A stretch of 64,000 bases of DNA. Origin: Octopus sinensis. Lineage: Eukaryota. Within the stretch, counting starts at the first letter, position 1; each line of letters starts with the position of its first letter. The notes beneath the pieces are model-generated. The model saw only the letters and a list, made by a program, of their open reading frames with translations, ran no database searches and was not told the origin of the DNA. Location of the stretch: assembly GCF_006345805.1 (NCBI RefSeq), contig NC_043004.1, positions 43,896,001 through 43,960,000 on the forward strand, in the 5' to 3' direction. Shown one piece after another: positions 27,314 to 40,744 of this stretch. The position numbers were made by a program, and so were the translations under genes.

Positions 27314-28666
27314 ATATGTGTGTAGGTATCATATGCATATATTTATAAATAATATATTCGATTTAAACATGTGTATGTGCTTATATGTATGTACGTAAAA
27401 CACAAATACATGTATGCGTGTGCTAGCGATTTGAATTATATTTCACACATTTTAGTATAATTAGTGTTTATCTTATCTGGCAACAGGGATTAATTAATTA
27501 AATTTTTAATTAAAGATGAACAATTGAGTATTTAGGAGATATTTTGAAATGTAAGACATATCATTTTCTTTGTGTAAATAAAACAGATTTAACATAACAG
27601 GCTTCATGTTTATGTGGGCTGAAATGAATATCAATATTGCATGTTACAAATCTTGCTAATGAGTGAAAGAGTATACGGCCGCTGTAAATGCAGTGATTAG
27701 TATCATATGGTTATTTATAACGAACATAACCTTGGAAAGCAGGGGATTTTTATGTGGACGAAGGAAGGCTTTCTTTTTCTGATTGGATTTAATTCCAGTG
27801 AAACTGATGCAGTTTGATGTCTATGGACACACAAATGCTTGGTGTAAAATATTGTCGGAAGTCGCTGAGGAAACAAGCCATTACATCAAGACCAAGAGAG
27901 AAGATGATGCATACGACAAGGACTGGTCCACTGTTTAAACATCTGACTCAAGAACTCTCGTACTGTTGTGCAAGAGCATTTCAGGTACATCAATTGCTAG
28001 CCTCGGGCAGTTCTTGTGTTATGGTGTGAGGAGTCGCAGCACATACTTAACTGCCCCACCACCTGATGAGATATCGATGACTGCATTCGGAGACGAGGTA
28101 CGCAGCATAATCTGCACACACGTGCTTATGCTAAATATTTTCGCTCCAAGGTTAAAATATAAGCTTCTTATGAGGGTGCACCTCACGTTCTAATTAAAAC
28201 AAAATGAAGCATGTCATCTATTATTTGAGTATCGAACACGAACTGACATTGGACAAAGTGGTTAGTGACATTCCCCCCGGATTTGCGTTTTGTTTTCAAA
28301 TGCCGCCGAGCTTAACTTAATGAATATTCTTCAGTCAAAAGATGAACTCTACTACCTTAATGTTCTTAAAATTTAAATCGACACCTTTGTCTATATATCT
28401 ACCTTCTCTATAATGTTATCATTTGATATGAAAATTATGTATTAATGGAAAAACCTCTATAAATGGCTGATGATTGCTCAACTTTTTAAAACTGTTGTAA
28501 TACAATATTTAATAAAATGATGTAGCGTGAAACGATCGTACCAAATTACCGAAGTTATTCTTGTTATTTATTTTTGATTATAATCACCCCATGGATAACA
28601 CCATACAAAATTCTGGTTCATCTACCTTAAGTACCATATTCATTTGAATCTAAATTTTTCTGAACT

Positions 28667-28727
<61 letters not shown>

Positions 28728-29285
28728 ATATATATTATATATATATACATATACATATACATGTATGCCACTCTATCTATCTATTTACCTATATGTGTGT
28801 GGGAGTTGTTTGTGTAAATATATCTCTATGCTTGTGTGTGTGTATATTTTTCCTTCGTTTCACACACTATATCAAAACTTAAAATCACTCGAAATGGGAA
28901 CTGAAAGTAGTATAGAATTATTTATCTCCCGAGGAGTCAGAATTTAATTTCCAGCTACCACAAGCTGAGCGCATTATATCTTTTTGCAGTAATAGTAAAT
29001 TAGTCAAGCATTCAAAGATAAAAGACAATTCGTCTGCGACATGATTGAAAAGGAAATAAATATTTAGTTGTTTATTTTACTGTCAAAGTTATTACATCCA
29101 CAATAATATATATTTTACAAAGATTGCTTCTTGATATGAATTGCTTTATAATTTAATAGTGTTTATATTTGATTACTAAAAAGAATAAACATTGAGAAAC
29201 AAATGTTCAAGAAACAAGTTGACCAAATATCTTGGTATAAAAGAAAACGAAGAAATAGTATATTTTGGGAATATATATATATATA

Positions 29286-29334
<49 letters not shown>

Positions 29335-29639
29335 ATCAAAGTAAGTTCGATATGAAAATTGATATAGGGTATTGTTTATTTGAAGAAATGGGAAGTTGAT
29401 GGAAATGAATAAGTTTACATAATATAAATTGGTGGGTTCAATAAATCCCTTGCCTAATTTCTTAAAACTCTATTGCGAATCGTCACTGGGTTACCATATG
29501 TTAATTATATTCTTCAGTGTCAGTGTGCATGTTTATGGGTTTATTCTGCATATCACCAGGGGATCAGCACAAATGCAACATTTGAAGATAGATAAATGCC
29601 ATTAATTGTATAGAGTAACAAATGCCTGTGGTTTCTTCA

Positions 29640-30830
29640 TTACTGGGATGCTGTAACTCTTTCTACCTCTTACATAAATCCCAGAGAAAACCGTGGCAAA
29701 ATACATGCGTTTCACATTCAAAAAGTTAACTAATTACCGCCTGTGAAACCCATTGCCTAAGTAACTTTCGAGACACCCTGCTGAAACACTTGCTGAAATA
29801 CATCAAAACCTTCATCAGATTCGATGTAGATATGGATAAGCACCTAAACAACCAATGAAGAGACATTATTGGTTTCTGTCGATGTTATATATCTTTAAAC
29901 TAATATCCCACGTGACTATGTAATAGAAGCAATAAAATTCAGGCTGGAAAAGTGCCCCGAAGAAATTCCGGAACACATAAACCAGGTTTTTATTATTGAA
30001 ACTCTAAATTTTATACTTCAGAGCAATTATTTCCTTTTTGATGACACCTACTACCATAGAAAATGTGTAATTGCGACAGAAAGGAAAGCAGACTATGTTC
30101 TTGCGGACCTAATAATGAAAACATTTGTTTTCACCACATATGAAGTGTCACTGTAAAAATATGGATATCCATTTTAACATTATATAAGTGAGAACTGGAA
30201 AAGATATCAGAGTGATTGCTTTATAATCTATTGGAATTAATTAAATCAATACTAAATAGTAGAAGGCATAATAGTCAGTTTACAATGGAATATAGCAAAG
30301 AACAGCTCCTTTTCTGAGGTATTCTGATTAAAAAAGTCAATAAACAAATTGTAACTGACACTTATCAAAAACCAATGGACTCAAAACAATATCATCTATT
30401 TAGTTCATGACACCCGAAAGACATAAAAAGATCCCTTTAATTTAGCGAAAATGATTGGCACAACAGTGTGCGATGGAAATACTCGGGATCACCGTCTTCA
30501 ATATATTAGAACAGCACTAACTGAGAGACACTATCCACCCCCACTTATGCTGAAATTAAACGTGCCAAGAAAATAAGCATTAAAACTTAAGGGAAACAAA
30601 ATGAAATACCAAACCTCATCTCAATATACTACCGTACTTATCAATTCAAAGCCCTACGAAAAATGAACCATAAAACACTTTTGTGCAAAATCTACCAATG
30701 CTCACTATAGATCCAAAAATGGCTATCACCTTCTGGCTAAAAAAGTACTAAGAAGAGATCCCAGGACGCATCAAACACAACTTCATAATTACAGCACTGA
30801 AAAACTTGACTTTGAATCTCTATAATTATT
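29640..30830 (+). pseudogene. Older, heavily decayed PLE RT copy of the same family as 21752-24014
   Basis: Colinear with copy 1: LVSVDVIYL.TNIP, EEIPEHI, ISENWKRYQSDCFII; many stops. Confidence 0.8.
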
Positions 30831-30989
30831 CATAACAATGACTTTTATACTTCATAACTGCACCTCAAACCAGCTAAATGTACGTATTCATATATCTTTG
30901 CTTTTCTTTAAAAAGCCTTTATTTTTTATAAGTAATGTACACTTTGTTTTCTTTTTACTTTTCCCCTATAGATATATGAATATAATGTA

Positions 30990-31050
30990 TGCATATGCAT
31001 GTTTATATACATATATGTATATATATGTATTTGTATATATATGCATATGT

Positions 31051-31113
<63 letters not shown>

Positions 31114-31127
31114 GTGTGTGTGTGTGT

Positions 31128-31170
<43 letters not shown>

Positions 31171-31250
31171 ATAAATATATATGCATACACATGTGCATCA
31201 GTATGGCCGCAGCTTTGGGCTGAAACTTAAAAAAAATTATATATATATAT

Positions 31251-31328
<78 letters not shown>

Positions 31329-31335
31329 TGATAGA
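30990..31335. repeat. (AT)/(GT)/(CA) microsatellite field
   Basis: Directly visible. Confidence 0.9.
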
Positions 31336-31935
31336 TAGATAAATAGTTAAGCATATACACATATGTATGCATAAAATTCACAAAAAAAGTTCAGAAATAC
31401 AGGGTAGTTTCGTTCTCTCTCTCTCTCTCTCTCTCTTTATATATATATATTTATTCGTCTAAAACTTTTCATAACTATATAACTAGAGTAGCTGTTACAT
31501 ACTTTTTGCTATGCCCCACCTGCACACCATTAAAGCAAACAACATGCTCCGAATAAATTCGTTTTGGGTAGGAATGAAGAATATGTTCTATTTACGGTTG
31601 CCGATATTATTTAACTTAGCTGCAGCTCATAAATTCCAGTGCATATTTATAACTGCCTATTGGTCTACGATTTATTTCTTATAAAATAAGTGTATTCGCG
31701 AAATATCGTTATTCTAAATACGGAAACGAGTAAAGAAAAACAAAACCGAAAAAATTGAAATAAAATAAAAACTAACGTTAGAAACAGAATTTTAAAAAAT
31801 AATGTTTCACCACAGGCATTGGGAAGACATGAAATATAAAAGAATACACACACACTCACACACATACGCACACAAACAAGCACACACACACACACGCATA
31901 AACACACACACACACACACACACACATATATGTAT

Positions 31936-31981
<46 letters not shown>

Positions 31982-32289
31982 TATATATATATATATGTAT
32001 GTATGTTTGAAGCACATTTTATGCTTCAAGCTTTAAATTAAATTAGGAGAGAAGGATATGTATTTCCAGAAACAACTGGTCTGATTTTTTTCTTCCATGG
32101 TATAAAAATTTGATTGCATAACTTTCAAATCTGAATAATAAATTAAAATGAAAAGATGTCTTTGAATATCACAGGTACACACATGAATGCATCGAGAAGG
32201 ATTATAATTTATCGCTCTGCTTTTTTGCGTATATATATATATATAACAAAATTAGGGGCGTATTCCAAATGAGTGATTGTATTTCCATG

Positions 32290-32329
<40 letters not shown>

Positions 32330-32768
32330 GTATATATATATATATATGTGTGTGTGTGTTACTCTTTACTCTACTCTTTTGTTTCAGTCATTTGACTGTG
32401 GCGATGCCGGAGCACCACCTTTAGTCGAGCATATATATTTACATATATATATACACATAAATATATCCCCACACTATTCAGTATTTCAGTTTCTAATTGT
32501 ATCAAGTATGATAAAAACACTGAGCTGAATTATTTCAACTGTTACAAATCTCGTGTAGTATGTATAAGTTTATGTATGTATGTAAGTATGCATGTACGTA
32601 CGTATGGATGGACGGACGTACGTACGTACGTACGTATGTACCTCGATACCATATTCTTTTTTCTCTGCATTGAACTGACAAACTATTCACTCCCTCTTTT
32701 GATTCCACATGAGGTGGAATCAAAATGTTTCCGGGCAAGTTATGTTTAAGAAAAAACAAGTTATTTGC

Positions 32769-33373
32769 TTAAGTTTTAGAATCATCTTCTAAATAGTCAA
32801 TTTGCGCCGCAATACATCGGTCCCAGTGTTTCTGACACTTTTGGAATCTGGCCTGCAAGTCATCTTCCGTAAACGAGTTGAAAACGGCCTGCCATTCGTT
32901 CTTGATCTTGACAAAAGTGTGAAAACATCAACCTTTGAAGTCGGCAGGTGCTACACATGGCGTATAGGTTGGGTGTGGAAGCGGTAATACGTTGTTTTTT
33001 GTCGAGAAAATCACGAGTAAGGAGAGCTTAGTGATAGTAAATATTGTTGCTGTGAATAATCCAATTCTTCGCGCTCAACAGATCTTGTTTCATTCACCGA
33101 ATGTCCTCCCTCAAACGCTTCAAAAGGTCAGTTTGGCCCTGCGGAGTGAATTCTCCGTACACAATACCGCGGGTATCGAAAGCAAACGATTAGCTTGGTC
33201 TTTATTGAGCTGCAGCTCTATTGTGCTTTCTTTGGTCGTGAAGATGAAAGGCTCTTCAATTGTGATGATTGCTGTTTCGTCTCAGGGTTTGGGGGTCTCA
33301 GGGTCTCTGAAGCAGACGCCCCAAATTTAATGCAAAATATCAAGGAGGCTCTTTATTCAAGCTCCATGTCCAT
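32769..33373 (-). pseudogene. mariner-type transposase relic with internal deletions (element approximately 32640-33640)
   Basis: MDMELE*RASLIFCIKFGASASET, DPETKQQSSQ, DTRGIVYGEFTPQGQT, WIIHSNN, LPHPTYTPCVAPADF, FQKCQKHWDRCIAAQ. Confidence 0.85.
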
Positions 33374-34296
33374 GACAAAATGGCAGACTACAGTGTACAC
33401 GTGATCAGGCAAACACAAATTTCTCAACTTCCGGCGTAAGCATAGCAAGTCACTCGGCACTCTGCCCCATGATGGTTACTACTAGCTCTCACTGCACACG
33501 CAACCGTGTGCTGTCATCAGTTGCCGCGCTAGAGTATCTTTTGTTATCACCTAAAATATCGTGTGGTAGGGCTGATTTTACTTCGGCACGAATTCAAGAC
33601 TGTCCAGCACTCAGCTTCAGTGAAGTGTATAATTGCATCATTAATAAGTTGTAAATACTTAAATGTTTGATTTCATCTGGCAGACATACAATCAATTCTT
33701 GAAAATTTTATGGGTGCTAATACATTGAGTTAAAAGGCATGCTATCGAATACAGAGAACAAATGAACTGGTGACTTTCTTTCTTTTCAGATTCACCAGTT
33801 CATTTGTACATGGGCATCCGGTTGTAATTCTCAACTGCTAAACATCTCCAGAAATAAATATCCCAGGGAGCCAGCCGTCATACTTTTTGCCGTTTTGTAA
33901 TATATGTTATTAATTATGGCCTCATCCAGTGGGGTGCTATCAGATCCCTATTCTACTTTCGGATTTCATTTGAAATATGTGTGTTTCTAGAAGAAAAATA
34001 ATGTGCAGTGCATTACAACATTAGCATAGTGATATTTTTCTGTTCTACCTATTCTCTTGTCGAATTGTTGATTTCTTTTTAGAAGTTATTCATTTTCCAT
34101 ATTATGCATAGGACACTTATACAACCCCACTCCTCTTCATGTATAAATTATGCGCTTGAATGAGGTCTTAAGGGAAATCACTAAACAGAGGAACAGTTTA
34201 ATCGACATTCAAACAGGTTTCCTGACACGAAGTTTTCAGATTGGAATACAGAAAAGAATTTTATAGTAAATTTTTTTTCCCTTGACATCTGTTTTG

Positions 34297-34413
34297 CTAC
34301 TGGTTCCCTTCTATGATTTTTAGCACTATACATCTATACAACAAGCTTTCCCCAGAAGACAACTGCAGTTTTGCGGCTCCCGGTCGTATATCCACATTAA
34401 GAAATGTATACAA
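34297..34413 (-). other. Candidate (pseudo)exon encoding an NCAM/Fasciclin-II-like Ig domain N-terminal half
   Basis: Acceptor ttatttcataag, then LYTFLNVDIRPGAAKLQLSSGESLLYRCIV; no good donor before an in-frame TAG. Confidence 0.3.
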
Positions 34414-34785
34414 CTTATGAAATAACTAAATGAGCATTTACAAATTTAAAACTCGGTTGGGAGAATCCCTACAGTCATACACAAAAAAAAATTTGCATGG
34501 AAGATGTTGACAAATTTTAGTTATACAACGTTAAAATTTGAATGACCCAAAACATGAAAATTTCATGTCAGTGTTTGAAACACGTAATCATATAATTTCT
34601 TAGAGCAGCCCATATTACTACCTCTTAACTCGCTGTTGATAATTGTTGAAAAGTACTGCTGCTGTAGTTGGTTTTGTACACAACTAAGCCAAACAGATTG
34701 ATGATTATCACAAGTATTACGGCAAAATTAATTAATAAATTTTACAAGACGTAGCGTAACTATATGTGTATATATTTAATAAGAC

Positions 34786-35019
34786 GAAGGCGGGGAGCTG
34801 GCAGAATCGTTAGCGCGCCGGGCGAAATGCGTAGCCATATTTCGTCTGCCGTTACGTTCTGAGTTCAAATTCCGCCGAGGTCGACTTAGCCTTTCATCCT
34901 CTCGGGGTCGATAAATAAAGTGCCAATTACGCACTGGCGTCGATGTAATCGAATTAATTCTTTTGTCTGTCCTTGTTTGTCCCCTCTATGTTTAGCCCCT
35001 TGTGGGCAATAAAGAAATA
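34786..35019 (+). mobile_element. SINE family A, full length
   Basis: 17-bp TSD tatatatttaataagac at 34769-34785 and 35020-35036. Confidence 0.92.
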
Positions 35020-35933
35020 TATATATTTAATAAGACTTAGCGTATCTAAATGTGTATTAACGAATGTGAGGTTCCTTTTATTTCTAAGATTCCAGAGTGC
35101 GATTTGAGGAATATACGCTTTCAAATACTAGCATGATAATCGACTATGGAGATGTATTTTATTGAAAAGTTCTGTATGTTATGCAACATTCTCCTCCGCA
35201 TCTGCAGCCATGCCATGCTGTTGACAATGTGAAATCTACATTTAGCCAAGGCATTATCAGAGAGCTCCCCGAATACAAGGAATATATTTAGCAAAATCCA
35301 TTAATGTCAATCTCTTCAGAAAAATCCATTAATATCAATATTCTAAAATATTCACTCAGGCATCCAGGAAGATCCATAGTACTTTTTGAATAAAGATAAT
35401 GGACTTCGAATTGAATAGCGTATTCATATCAATCTACGGACTGTGGCCATTCTGGAATACAGGCTTCAAGGGATTTAAAAGATGATATCGACCCCAATAT
35501 TTATTTCAGCCTGCAACTTATTTTATAGACTCTACCAAATAATTCAGTTACGTTTTAACATTAGAGAATGCAACTGAATGAATTGTTTTAAATCGCTTCA
35601 CATAAAAGACCAAGATCTGTAGAAACATACACTCGTATATTCACACACATCCATCCATCCACGCACTCACGCCCAAAACCACGTCTATACACCTGTACAT
35701 TTCTATTTGCATGCATACATTATATATATATATACACCTACACACACACATGTATACATACATATACATACATAGAAATATATATCAGAGGATTCTGTAC
35801 ATTTCTCTCTACCATATTCCACCCAGAGGGCGACAGTTGCAAACATTTTATCAATGTTCTTGAAGACTGTACCACACCTTCGACTTACTTCTGAATTGAA
35901 CCACCACGTGACAATGCTATTTTCTATATCCTC

Positions 35934-36235
35934 AAACTTTAGCACGCCGGGCCTTTGCCTTTCATCCTTTCGCGGTCGATAAATTAAATACCAGATTCGC
36001 ACTTAATACCTATGTCTGTCCTTGTTTGTCCACTCTATGTTTAGCCCCTTGTGGGTAATAGAGAAATAGGTATTTCGTCTGGTTTTGCGTTCTGAGTTCA
36101 AATTCCGCCAATGTCGGCTTTGACTCTCATCCTTTCGGGATCCATAAAGTAAGTACATTTTGCGTACTGGGGTTGACCTAATCGACTGGCCCCCATCCTC
36201 AAAAACTTCGGGCCGTGTGCCTAGAGTAGAAAAAA
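35934..36235 (+). mobile_element. SINE family A head-to-tail dimer with internal deletions
   Basis: Two partial units joined at gaaatag|gtatttcgtctg. Confidence 0.75.
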
Positions 36236-36492
36236 GTATCTATGTCCTGATTATCGAAATGCCTCAGATTGATTTACTCTCTTGTAGGGCAAATCTGTAA
36301 AATATTTTCAGCAATGATGGTCCACATTTTTATATGTATTTTTTACATCATAAACGAAACAAATCGCAGATTATAGCTGATACATGTGAGAACCAGCTGT
36401 CACGGGTTCGTCATCCGCCTCATAAGTTAATCTGAAATCACTTGAAAGACATGTGGTGAGATACACAATATATTTAAGAAAGAGTGACCAAA

Positions 36493-36642
36493 TAGGCGCC
36501 GGCGTGTTTGTGTGGTAAGAAGCTTGCTTCCTAACCGCATAATTCCGGGTTCAGTTTCACTGTGTAGTACCTGGGCAAATGCCTTCTACCATGTTTTCGG
36601 AACGACCAAATCTTTGTGAGGGGAAAATCAAAGAAATCCGTC

Positions 36643-36693
<51 letters not shown>

Positions 36694-37300
36694 ATATATA
36701 TTCTTTTACTTGATTCAGTTATTTGACTGCAGCCATGTCGGAGCACCGCCTTGACAGATTTTTAGTTGGAAAACTCGAACCCAGTACATATTTTATCGTG
36801 CGCTTTTGCCAAAACGCTAAGTTACGGGGATGTAAACACATCAACACCAGTTGACAAGGAGTGAGGGGGAGACAAACATAGACACAAAGACAGACATACA
36901 CAAATATGTACATATATATATACGATGGGCGTCTTTCAGTTTCCGTCTGCCAAATCCACTTACAAGGCTTTTGTCGACCAGAGGCTAAAGTAAAATACAC
37001 TTGCCCGAGGTCCCACGTAGTTGGACAGAACCCAGAAACATGTGGCTGGAACGCATGCTCGTTGCCGCACAGCCGATCCTGCTGCACCTAATATTTCTGT
37101 ACACTTATGTCTTTTTTATGTCCCCACACCATCCCTTGACCACCGATGTAAGCTAACGGTTCAGCAAAAGGGACCGATAGACTACGTACTAGCCCTACAA
37201 AGCGTAAGTTCTGTGGTCGATATCTTCGTCTAAAAATAAAACATTTAAGTCAGTGCTGCAGCATGGCCGCAGTCAAATGACAGAAATAAGAAAAAGAACA
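36493..37300 (+). mobile_element. SINE family B (head 36493-36642, tail ~37100-37300) split by a nested opposite-strand copy
   Basis: Head taggcgccggcgtg...gtggtaagaagcttgc; tail cagcatggccgcagtcaaatgacagaaa. Confidence 0.7.
36701..37089 (-). mobile_element. SINE family B nested inside another family B copy
   Basis: Full-length homology to 37514-37905. Confidence 0.8.
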
Positions 37301-37513
37301 TACGAATAAATTCTAACTGAATACGAAACATTGAACAGCATAGTTCTGTATATGGATGAAATGGTTATGACTGGAATGATTTGATGAATGGTGGTGCGTT
37401 TCAGTTAACGTGAGTCGACACGTCAGTATGACAATCAGCTGCAATTTAGTGGATATATCAGTCATGCTACAGCAGTAGATTGAAAACTAATAACTGCTGT
37501 ACACTTATTTGTA

Positions 37514-37905
37514 CTCTTTTACTTGTTTCAGTCATGTGACCATGCTGGAGCACGGCCTTTAGTCGAGCAAATCGACCCCAGGACATATTCTTTGTAAGCC
37601 TAGTACTTATTCTATCGGTCTCTTTTACCGAACCGCTAATTTACGGGGACGTAAGCACACCAGCATCGGTTGTCAAACAATGTTGGGGTGGACAAACACA
37701 GACACACAAACATATACACACGTACACATATAATATATATACATATATACATATATACGACGGGCTTCTTTCAGTTTCCGTCTACCAAATCCACTCACAA
37801 GGCTTCGGTCGGCCCGAGGCTATAGTAGAAGACACTTGCCCAAGGTGCCAAGTAGTGGGACTGAACCCGGAACCATGTGGTTCGTAAGCAAGCTACTTAC
37901 CACAC
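37514..37905 (-). mobile_element. SINE family B, young copy
   Basis: Box B ggttcagtccc, head gtggtaagtagcttgc, internal (CA/TA)n. Confidence 0.9.
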
Positions 37906-38804
37906 TATACAAATCTACAAATCCAACACTAGGTCATTGATTTATTTTAGCCAAAAGTTCATTAAAAAATAGAAAAGGAAAGCATTCATAATTTATTTTG
38001 TGTTTTCTTTTTGTTTGTTTTTTCTCGCACATAAAACTGTAGAAAGAAACTCTCTCTCTGATCGTTAAGCCGTCTCTAAATAGCTATTTTTCGCACTAGA
38101 AGTAACATCTACAGAGAACACTCATATATGAATATATCCCTATATATCTGTATATATATCTCTCTCACTATTATTATCATTTTCCCCTTTACAGCTTGTT
38201 TGTAAATATTCGATTTTTCACAATTATCCCATCTGTATTCTCCATTATTTTATTTTATTTTATTTTATTAAACATTTTTGATGTCTTTCCAAAAATATTC
38301 CTCACACTGATGAGAATGATAATACATAAATTTAATTATAATTACTATGATGTTTTTCTTATATATATGTATTGTCTTTTGAAATGTGTGTATGTACTAA
38401 ATTCAATTTTATATTCAATCTAATTTGATTCAACATCTTTTTTCTCCATTGTTTAATACTTGTTTATAGTATATGTATTTCTATAACGAAATCTTTCAAC
38501 TATTATTTTCTTATTCTTATTAATTGCTCTGGTTGACTCTTATGAATATGGTGAATCTTTATTAGAAATAAATTTTCTCTCCTTTTGGATCTCTCAAAAA
38601 GTTTAAATTGTTCTTTTTGAACTTATTTTTTCCTCTTTTATATATATATAGGCACACACGCATATGAAATAGAAATTGAAAATTCATTGAGAATAGTTAA
38701 AATAATATTTTATTACTATATTTAGAAATTTGACCATTTTCACTGTTTAGACTGATTTTCAGTGAGATACAAAGATGTGGTTTATGTTAAAGCTGTCTTG
38801 CTTC

Positions 38805-38890
38805 GGACTACTGTTTGACGGTTGCCCTGTATTTATAGGGAGTTCATGGCTCAAATTAGTATATGTTTTGAATAGGACTTGATTGGTAAA
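38805..38890 (-). promoter_or_regulatory. Candidate Pol II core promoter (CCAAT + TATAAATA + Inr-like)
   Basis: Minus strand taCCAATca at 38882-38886, cTATAAATAc at 38830-38837, TAGTC about 28 nt downstream; unique non-repeat context. Confidence 0.3.
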
Positions 38891-39250
38891 AGATAGTCAC
38901 ATTTCATAGAAATTTTTGTACGTTTCCCACTACGTCCGAGTGTTGTTATCAAGTGGCAATGTTTGGTATTGTAAATAAGTTTGACACAGTTGGCTGAACA
39001 GCTGCAGAGACTGTATCAAACAATCAATGTTCAGAATGTTTACTGGCAAATGCTTATAAAGAATGAACACGTGATTCAATTTGAACTTAATCAACTGTTA
39101 ATTGACTAGATCTGTTCAGTCAAACGAGTTAGTCTTAAATGTCGACGACAAACGTTGTCATTTGATACTAAGACAGCGACATAGTAGGGAGCCTACCCGC
39201 ATCCGTCCGTCTCAGTAAACCACTATTGTTCACTACAGATTGGAGGAAAC

Positions 39251-39283
<33 letters not shown>

Positions 39284-39830
39284 TGTATATATATTAAGAA
39301 GAAACTTACTTAGAAATGGATGCGTGCGATTCGTCATATAGTAACAAATTAATAAATAAAACATATGCATATATACATACATATATGTAAATACCTATAT
39401 CTACATGTATATATACATGCATATATGGGTACAGGACACAAAAAAACGTCGAACACAATGAGAAACGAAAATATAAACACAAAACCAAGCAAATGGACAT
39501 TTTCTTAAACAACGAAAAAATAGAGTACAGGACATACAACACAAGGAAAACTCCCCTTCTTCAGTCGCCTCTGTTTCATCTACTCCGCGTTTGGATGGTC
39601 AAGGCGAGACACGACGACATTCGGAACGCGGAGTATTTCTTAATTATTATTTATTAATTTGTTATTATATATATATATATATATATATGATATGTATTGG
39701 TATCTGGAAGACCCAAAGAATGGCAGGTAATGCTAAGTAAGTGCTAAGGACAGACCATAGATAAACACTTGGCTCGATCGTGATACGAGTCAGAAGTTTA
39801 ATATCAGCCTTGTATCAGCCTGCATATATT

Positions 39831-39912
<82 letters not shown>

Positions 39913-39989
39913 ATATATATAATCTCTTTTTATTATCATTACTTTTTATCCTTTTTCTTCTTTTCTTTCCTTCTTCTCTCTTCATTTTG

Positions 39990-40400
39990 CCCTATCTCCT
40001 CATTCTCATCATGCACTTTTCCCCACCCCCATCTATCCACAAATACCACCAATACATTCTCAATCTTCATTCAGACCCCTTCGAATGGACGGCACAGAAT
40101 CTACGGCTCCGTATTTCGGAACCAATTAACACGACCTACCATCGGAATTCATTATCCACAGAAAACATACTTTTTTACCACTTCTATACACCACTTTACT
40201 CAAATACTGGAGCTTCAGCTACAATATTTTATTTGTTATTTCTACTCTCATTCTCTTATTTCCTTCTATTTTCCCTATCTCCTTTCCATTTACATCTCTC
40301 ACATCGTCCATGATGAAGTGATATCCATAATATCCCAGAAACAGGTGGGAAACTTTATCTCTTTCCTTATAAATGTCCTGAAAACTCCACACACAGCCTT
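39990..40400 (+). mobile_element. PLE-derived fragment ending in a degenerate hammerhead motif
   Basis: cATGATGA-a-GtGATAT-ccata-ATATCCC-a-GAAA-CAGGTG at 40305-40350; weak RT-thumb-like peptide SVFRNQLTRPTIGIHY. Confidence 0.45.
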
Positions 40401-40424
40401 TGGTTTCTTATCTGTTTTTTTCTA

Positions 40425-40457
<33 letters not shown>

Positions 40458-40460
40458 CAT

Positions 40461-40500
<40 letters not shown>

Positions 40501-40744
40501 ACGTATTGATATAATCAATAGGGCATGTTGCACAAAAAGCCAATAGGAGAGTTTCTTTCATAACAATCGCAGTGAGTATGAAAGGGAATAGATATCGGGT
40601 CCAGTTAATAATATGAATGGTGATAGATATCAGGTCTAGTTAATAATACTCCCTCTTTCATTCATACATACATACGTATGTATGTATGTAATGTATGCAT
40701 GAATGTATATATATATATATATATCACACCACACCACATTATAT

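Noticed and set aside
28060-28105. CTGATGAG motif
   Set aside because: No downstream GAAA or stems
39555-39640. CUGAAGA and GAAAC motifs with an 11-bp hairpin
   Set aside because: The order and pairing do not form any hammerhead topology
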